IMG/VR virus record: IMGVR_UViG_3300029101_000001
Direction: 5' to 3' (one strand)
Source of the DNA: a virus
DNA length: 64,000 bases
The notes under the pieces were generated by a model that worked only from the letters and a program-made list of their open reading frames with translations, had not been told where the DNA came from and searched no databases. The position numbers and the translations under genes are program-made. Shown piece by piece: positions 59,645-64,000 of this stretch; the stretch's first letter is position 1; the number at the start of each line of letters is the position of its first letter.

Positions 59645-60419
59645 AATTAAGTACGATGTTACTAGATTTCCTGATGGAGAGCCTCAGTTTTTCCTTACTG
59701 AGGAATTAAACAGAAAGGAATCTATTGATGTCATTTGTAGAATATCTAATACTGAGGATTTATTCCTCTTAGTGCAAGTAGGAGATATTTTAGATAGACA
59801 AGAAGTAGAATGGGATTTACACATTACTTATTTAATGTCTATGCGTATGGATAGAGTAATGAGTTTTAATCGTCCATTCTCCTTGAAAGTAGTATGTAAT
59901 ATGTTAAATAGCTTAGGCTATAGAAACATATATGTTCTTGAGGCACATTCTAGTAGAACTTTTCATCTTCTTGGTGACAGATGTTTACCTTGGGAATTTG
60001 GACACCACTCTTGGATTCCAGCCCAAAGTAATATCGTGTTCCCAGACCATGGGGCGAAGGACAGATATGGAAGTAACTATTCTCACTATGGTTATTTAGT
60101 CTTCAAAAAGGAAAGAAATCTAGAGACTGGAAGAATTGAGTCCTTTGAAATAGAGGAGTCTAAGAATTGCTACTATTCTACATTTGTGTTCATTGATGAC
60201 TTGTGTGATGCCGGAGGAACTTTCCTAGGAGAGCTTAAGGTTCTCAAAGAGAGATATCCAAATAGCAAGTTTATCATAATCGTATGTCACGCAGTTAATG
60301 ATAAAGGTCTGATTAATATGTGTAATAATTTTGACCAGGTTATTGTATCTAATTCTCATAGGGATATTAATTATCGTCCCAGCAACGAGAACTTAACTGT
60401 AATAGACGTTTGTAAATAA
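59610..60419 (+). CDS. ribose-phosphate pyrophosphokinase (Prs)-like phosphoribosyltransferase-fold protein (candidate ADPR-pyrophosphokinase Adps)
   Basis: RFPDGEPQ (compare Prs RFSDGE), IVFPDHGA, FVFIDDLCDAGGTF (PRPP-binding loop). Confidence 0.6.
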   Translation: MKLNLINKEISEIKYDVTRFPDGEPQFFLTEELNRKESIDVICRISNTEDLFLLVQVGDILDRQEVEWDLHITYLMSMRMDRVMSFNRPFSLKVVCNMLNSLGYRNIYVLEAHSSRTFHLLGDRCLPWEFGHHSWIPAQSNIVFPDHGAKDRYGSNYSHYGYLVFKKERNLETGRIESFEIEESKNCYYSTFVFIDDLCDAGGTFLGELKVLKERYPNSKFIIIVCHAVNDKGLINMCNNFDQVIVSNSHRDINYRPSNENLTVIDVCK

Positions 60420-60429
60420 CAAAATAAAA

Positions 60430-60732
60430 ATGGTAATTGAAGGTCCTTTTTACAGACTTACTCCCATTAGTGAATCTTCTCCGAGGTTTGACTTGGAATT
60501 GTTGTATGATATTGGTGGGAAAAATCCGAGAAAAGAATTTAAAGTGGAAGGCTATGGCTATCCCCTAGAAGCTGCTATAGAGCGATGTCGCCATTATGCA
60601 GTAAGAAAAAAGTTCGGAAAAGATGAAGTTATAACTTTAGGTAGGTACTTAGATGAGTTTAAAAAGGCAAAGGAGGAAATTAAACTCGAAGTCTCAGGAG
60701 ATTCAGGAGATTCTAGCGGAGAGGCTGAATAA
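60430..60732 (+). CDS. hypothetical protein
   Basis: Track ORF. Confidence 0.45.
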   Translation: MVIEGPFYRLTPISESSPRFDLELLYDIGGKNPRKEFKVEGYGYPLEAAIERCRHYAVRKKFGKDEVITLGRYLDEFKKAKEEIKLEVSGDSGDSSGEAE

Positions 60733-61126
60733 GCTTTGTAGATTCTTAGATGAGGAATATGACGTTAATTGTGGAGGGTGTTGCTATATAGCATACTGTC
60801 TAGCTAGGCTACTAAGTAGAGATAAATTCAAGTTCAAAGTCATTATTTACGAGGATTATGAACTAGAAGAAAAGTTTAGCGAAGTAGCGAGAAGTCATTA
60901 TCATTATGCGATTTCTATTGGAAAGTACACCATAAACGCAGCAGATTGTGATGATGACGATAGCTTTTGCAGAAATGTGTATACTGGCGTAAAAGCTTCC
61001 GAACTACTATCTCACTATCAGAAATGTAGCTGGAATGACTGTTATAATACTCAAAAGAATCAATTCATTTTTAAGACTATAAAGGTGTTTTATGACGACC
61101 TCACGGAGGACTTACGAGAAGGATAA
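60653..61126 (+). CDS. hypothetical Cys-rich protein
   Basis: Track ORF. Overlaps the previous ORF in another frame. Confidence 0.4.
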   Translation: MSLKRQRRKLNSKSQEIQEILAERLNKLCRFLDEEYDVNCGGCCYIAYCLARLLSRDKFKFKVIIYEDYELEEKFSEVARSHYHYAISIGKYTINAADCDDDDSFCRNVYTGVKASELLSHYQKCSWNDCYNTQKNQFIFKTIKVFYDDLTEDLREG

Positions 61127-61376
61127 ACAAATTGTGCATACGCACGATAAGTTTATCTACTGTAGTTCAGTATATCAAATATGGAGCTGGGGAGCTGCTC
61201 TAATGGAAGAAAAATACTACTCTTCTAATAAACCTATTGTATTGAAAAAGAATCAACTATGTTGTAAGAGGAAGAAGTACTCTTTGCATAGATTCTTTGA
61301 ATTACAATTTGCTCCCGAAGAATATTTAATTAATAACGGTTTTAAAATTGTAGAAAATGAAACAGGATGTGATTGA
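61092..61376 (+). CDS. hypothetical protein
   Basis: Track ORF. Confidence 0.35.
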   Translation: MTTSRRTYEKDKQIVHTHDKFIYCSSVYQIWSWGAALMEEKYYSSNKPIVLKKNQLCCKRKKYSLHRFFELQFAPEEYLINNGFKIVENETGCD

Positions 61377-61941
61377 GTACATGGTAGACTCATTTGTAGA
61401 CTTTAAGGGTGAAGAACGTAAAATTGTAGCTTGTGCTTTAAGTCAGGCTGCTGAAGTAAGTGAGGATGATTGTGTCTTAGCAGTAGGTTGGGTAGCTCCC
61501 GATGAATACATATGCACAAATGATCCGGACTATGCTAGAATCTGTAGAGTAGTAACCGTTGGTATTGCAGTATGTAATCCTAGTGATACCTTCGATTTGG
61601 CTAAGGGACAGAAGAAGGCTTACGATAAGGCTCTTCATGATCCAAAGTGTCCAGCTATTTATACTACATCTAGAGGTGTAGCAGGTAAAGTGCTGGTAAA
61701 AGCATTCTTGGAACAGGAGCTTACTTTCTTGAAAGAAAATCCAGAGCGTATCATTAAGGGGTATAACCAAATGAAAGCTCGATTCGAAAGAAAAGAAGCC
61801 CTCAAGAACGAAATCAAAAATCTCTCTGATAAAGAGAAGCAAGCTTTGAATCTAGCTAAAGAAGGTATAGATGTAGTTAAATGCGCTGAACTGGTAACTA
61901 AAGCCAAGGCAATAGGCGTTGAGCTAAATGAACAGGACTAA
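61357..61941 (+). CDS. hypothetical protein
   Basis: Track ORF 194 aa. Confidence 0.5.
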   Translation: MKQDVIEYMVDSFVDFKGEERKIVACALSQAAEVSEDDCVLAVGWVAPDEYICTNDPDYARICRVVTVGIAVCNPSDTFDLAKGQKKAYDKALHDPKCPAIYTTSRGVAGKVLVKAFLEQELTFLKENPERIIKGYNQMKARFERKEALKNEIKNLSDKEKQALNLAKEGIDVVKCAELVTKAKAIGVELNEQD

Positions 61942-62233
61942 GTTTTGCTATATCTTAATAGCCTTGATGGGATTGCTAATTATTTATTTGCTAATACCTA
62001 AGAAGGAAACCGCAGTTTCTCCGCCTAATGTGCAGGAAATAGTAAGGGATTCTATAATTAGAGATAGCATCTATATAGTTAACGATTCCATCGTGGAGAA
62101 AATTAAGTATATAGACAAAGAGTATGATGAGAAAGTATCTACTATTATGTCTAGTTCTGATAGCATCAATTTGTGCTTTTTCTCAGAATACATCGACCGT
62201 TACAATAACCAGCGAGCAACTAAAAACAACTAA
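61928..62233 (+). CDS. small membrane-anchored protein
   Basis: Track ORF. Confidence 0.35.
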   Translation: MNRTKFCYILIALMGLLIIYLLIPKKETAVSPPNVQEIVRDSIIRDSIYIVNDSIVEKIKYIDKEYDEKVSTIMSSSDSINLCFFSEYIDRYNNQRATKNN

Positions 62234-62498
62234 TCTGATATTTGCCGAGCATCAGAAGTTGTCTGAAACTGTTCCGTTATTGAATAAGCGAATAACTAAT
62301 CTAGAACTAATAAATAAGAGTTGGGAAAAAACGGATTCTCTTCGTAGAGTTCAGTTACTGTATTATGGAAACATAATTGAAGATAAAAATAGATCTATTG
62401 AAGGTCTTAATAAGTCTTTAAAAAAGAAGCAGAATGTCATTAAATATGGCGCTGCTGGTTCATGTGTATTAATATTATTATGCCTATTACTGAAGTAA
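62124..62498 (+). CDS. secreted protein (signal peptide)
   Basis: MMRKYLLLCLVLIASICAFSQ. Confidence 0.4.
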   Translation: MMRKYLLLCLVLIASICAFSQNTSTVTITSEQLKTTNLIFAEHQKLSETVPLLNKRITNLELINKSWEKTDSLRRVQLLYYGNIIEDKNRSIEGLNKSLKKKQNVIKYGAAGSCVLILLCLLLK

Positions 62499-62652
62499 TG
62501 TTTAAGGACAAAGATGGTTTTCACTACAAACATCCTGAACGTAGCTGCACTAGGTGTAAGAATTACCCTTGCTTGCCTAACATGGATAAGCTGCAAGGAG
62601 ACTTCGCTTCTTATGGTTGTAGGAAGTTCGAGGATATTAATACATTTGAAGT

Positions 62653-62976
62653 GTGGAAACCAAAGAAGTAACTTACCATGTCAAATTTGTTGCTGAATGT
62701 GAGGACGGGATGGGATACGCTAATTATGTCTTTGAAAGGCTAGAATATGATAATCTAGATTACAAGGATATAATGTGTGTTCGATTCCCGAATTGGAACC
62801 AGTGTTCTATGAAATTAGGAGATGTCGGCTATGTTTCACTAAGATACGTAGAAGAAGGCATCGATAGATGGTACGATGGTAAAGATTTTGTTCCATACAA
62901 GGATAGTAATATAATTTTCTTGAAATTTATTCATGAAAAGCCTATCATTGAAGATGGACAAATATTATTAGATTAA
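62653..62976 (+). CDS. hypothetical protein
   Basis: Track ORF. Confidence 0.45.
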   Translation: METKEVTYHVKFVAECEDGMGYANYVFERLEYDNLDYKDIMCVRFPNWNQCSMKLGDVGYVSLRYVEEGIDRWYDGKDFVPYKDSNIIFLKFIHEKPIIEDGQILLD

Positions 62977-63021
62977 CATTAAAAAGGAGATAAACTATGA
63001 AGTATTTTTAAAGAATAATTT

Positions 63022-63885
63022 ATGACTGTATTAGGAGATAAGCTGAGAGAGGCTTTGAGCGATAAAGCAAACGACGTTAATAGCTATGTATGGAAAGGAC
63101 CTAAGGTAAATGGGGTCCAGGAGGAAATTAAATTGGTAGACGCAGGTTATGACCAGCTGAGACGATTCTACAATCATTGTGAACAAATGTTGTACAACTC
63201 TGATACCAAGAATCCGGGTCGTGTAACATTACTCGGAATTGTGTCCGACCAAATACAAAGATGTCGTGCAGAGCTTCTTATTAGATGGCTTAGAGCTGAA
63301 AAGCAATACACAAACACACGTTGTTTGGAAGACTTGAAAGCTGTTATCAAAAACAATAAGGAAGTGTTAACTAATGAGGCTATTAAGGTCTATCCAATTG
63401 GAGAGATTCTTAATGGAATCCCTGTAGAGTTTAGAGAAGTACCAGTAAGTTTAGTTATGGATGCTTGTTTAGATTCCTTGGGATTGTTTGACAACTCTCA
63501 TTTGACGCTTAACTTCATTGTAAAAATGGGACTGTGGTTTACACAGCAAGAAATGCAGAAAGACTTGTATCGTAAAGACCCAGTGACAGGTAAAGCTGTT
63601 AACAGACTGTTAGTAGTAAGTAAGGAACTTCGTTTGAATCCTTCTATAGCTCTGAAAATCTGTGATACTGGATTAAGTTATGCTGAGTTTAGATCTATGT
63701 GTAGATTGAAACGAGATAAATATGCTAACTTAACTAGTGATCAGCTCAGACTGCTATCAAACAAAGTTCTTTATCGCTTCCAAAATCAATGCGAGAACCA
63801 GGCTAAACAATGGAAGGATAAGATGGAAGAAATCAAGAAAGTTGCAGAACTTAAAGGATGGGACATCACTAGGAATATAGATTGA
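63022..63885 (+). CDS. hypothetical protein
   Basis: Track ORF 287 aa. Confidence 0.55.
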   Translation: MTVLGDKLREALSDKANDVNSYVWKGPKVNGVQEEIKLVDAGYDQLRRFYNHCEQMLYNSDTKNPGRVTLLGIVSDQIQRCRAELLIRWLRAEKQYTNTRCLEDLKAVIKNNKEVLTNEAIKVYPIGEILNGIPVEFREVPVSLVMDACLDSLGLFDNSHLTLNFIVKMGLWFTQQEMQKDLYRKDPVTGKAVNRLLVVSKELRLNPSIALKICDTGLSYAEFRSMCRLKRDKYANLTSDQLRLLSNKVLYRFQNQCENQAKQWKDKMEEIKKVAELKGWDITRNID

Positions 63886-64000
63886 TGAAAGACCTCTTTA
63901 CTCCTGTTACTCGTGATGAGCGACAGGAGCAATGTAAGAGAGCCTGGTTATTACATAAAGGAAGAGGCACCATAGAAGCCTGTACAGGCTTTGGTAAAAC
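63885..64000 (+). CDS. hypothetical protein, 5' part (runs off window end)
   Basis: ATG at 63885 overlaps the previous TGA. Open to window end. Confidence 0.3.
   Translation, partial: MKDLFTPVTRDERQEQCKRAWLLHKGRGTIEACTGFGK

Noticed and set aside
1-64000. CRISPR arrays, integrase or att sites, and transposase or IS elements.
   Set aside because: No regularly spaced direct repeats, no tyrosine or serine recombinase motifs and no IS-like inverted-repeat-bounded ORFs were seen. The only mobile-type element is the HNH endonuclease gene.

Overview
The window looks like about 64 kb of a phage genome that infects Bacteroidota, possibly of the crAss-like type. The host call is weak and rests on SAQ-type signal peptides, an OmpA-like gene and AT-rich DNA.

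The window has two parts. Positions 1 to about 20.5 kb are a minus-strand late/structural block that gives almost no conventional ORFs. It reads as continuous coding sequence if TAG is a sense codon: every ORF checked ends at an in-frame TAG and continues in the same frame. An amber-suppressor tRNA (anticodon CUA) sits at 19923-19994 at the head of this block. Its scaffold nearly matches the phage tRNA-Gln(UUG) at 34204-34275, so TAG most likely encodes Gln (genetic code 15-like).

Positions 20.8 to 64 kb are a plus-strand early/accessory block that uses TAA/TGA stops. It carries about 25 canonical tRNA genes plus several degenerate or atypical tRNA-like elements. It also carries:
- a tmRNA-like gene with a divergent tag
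- a TAG-recoded HNH endonuclease gene
- an NfeD + flotillin (SPFH) pair
- a radical-SAM enzyme
- RNase H and an OmpA-like protein
- a NAMPT-like gene and a PRPP-synthetase-like gene, possibly a phage NAD+ reconstitution pathway (NARP1-type)

The strongest finding is a complete diversity-generating retroelement (DGR). It has:
- a DGR-type reverse transcriptase (653-1927, minus strand) whose gene contains in-frame TAG codons
- an A-rich template repeat (2071-2163)
- an adjacent variable repeat in a roughly 615-codon tail-fibre-like gene (2216-4063)
- a second, remote variable repeat 27 kb away on the opposite strand, in a small early-region gene (28697-29257)

Both variable repeats differ from the template only at template adenines (26 and 25 sites). 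All differences fall in the first two codon positions, that is AAY codons in the TR read as NNY codons in the VRs.

All calls were made by eye from the sequence with no searches. Product names are motif-based inferences.
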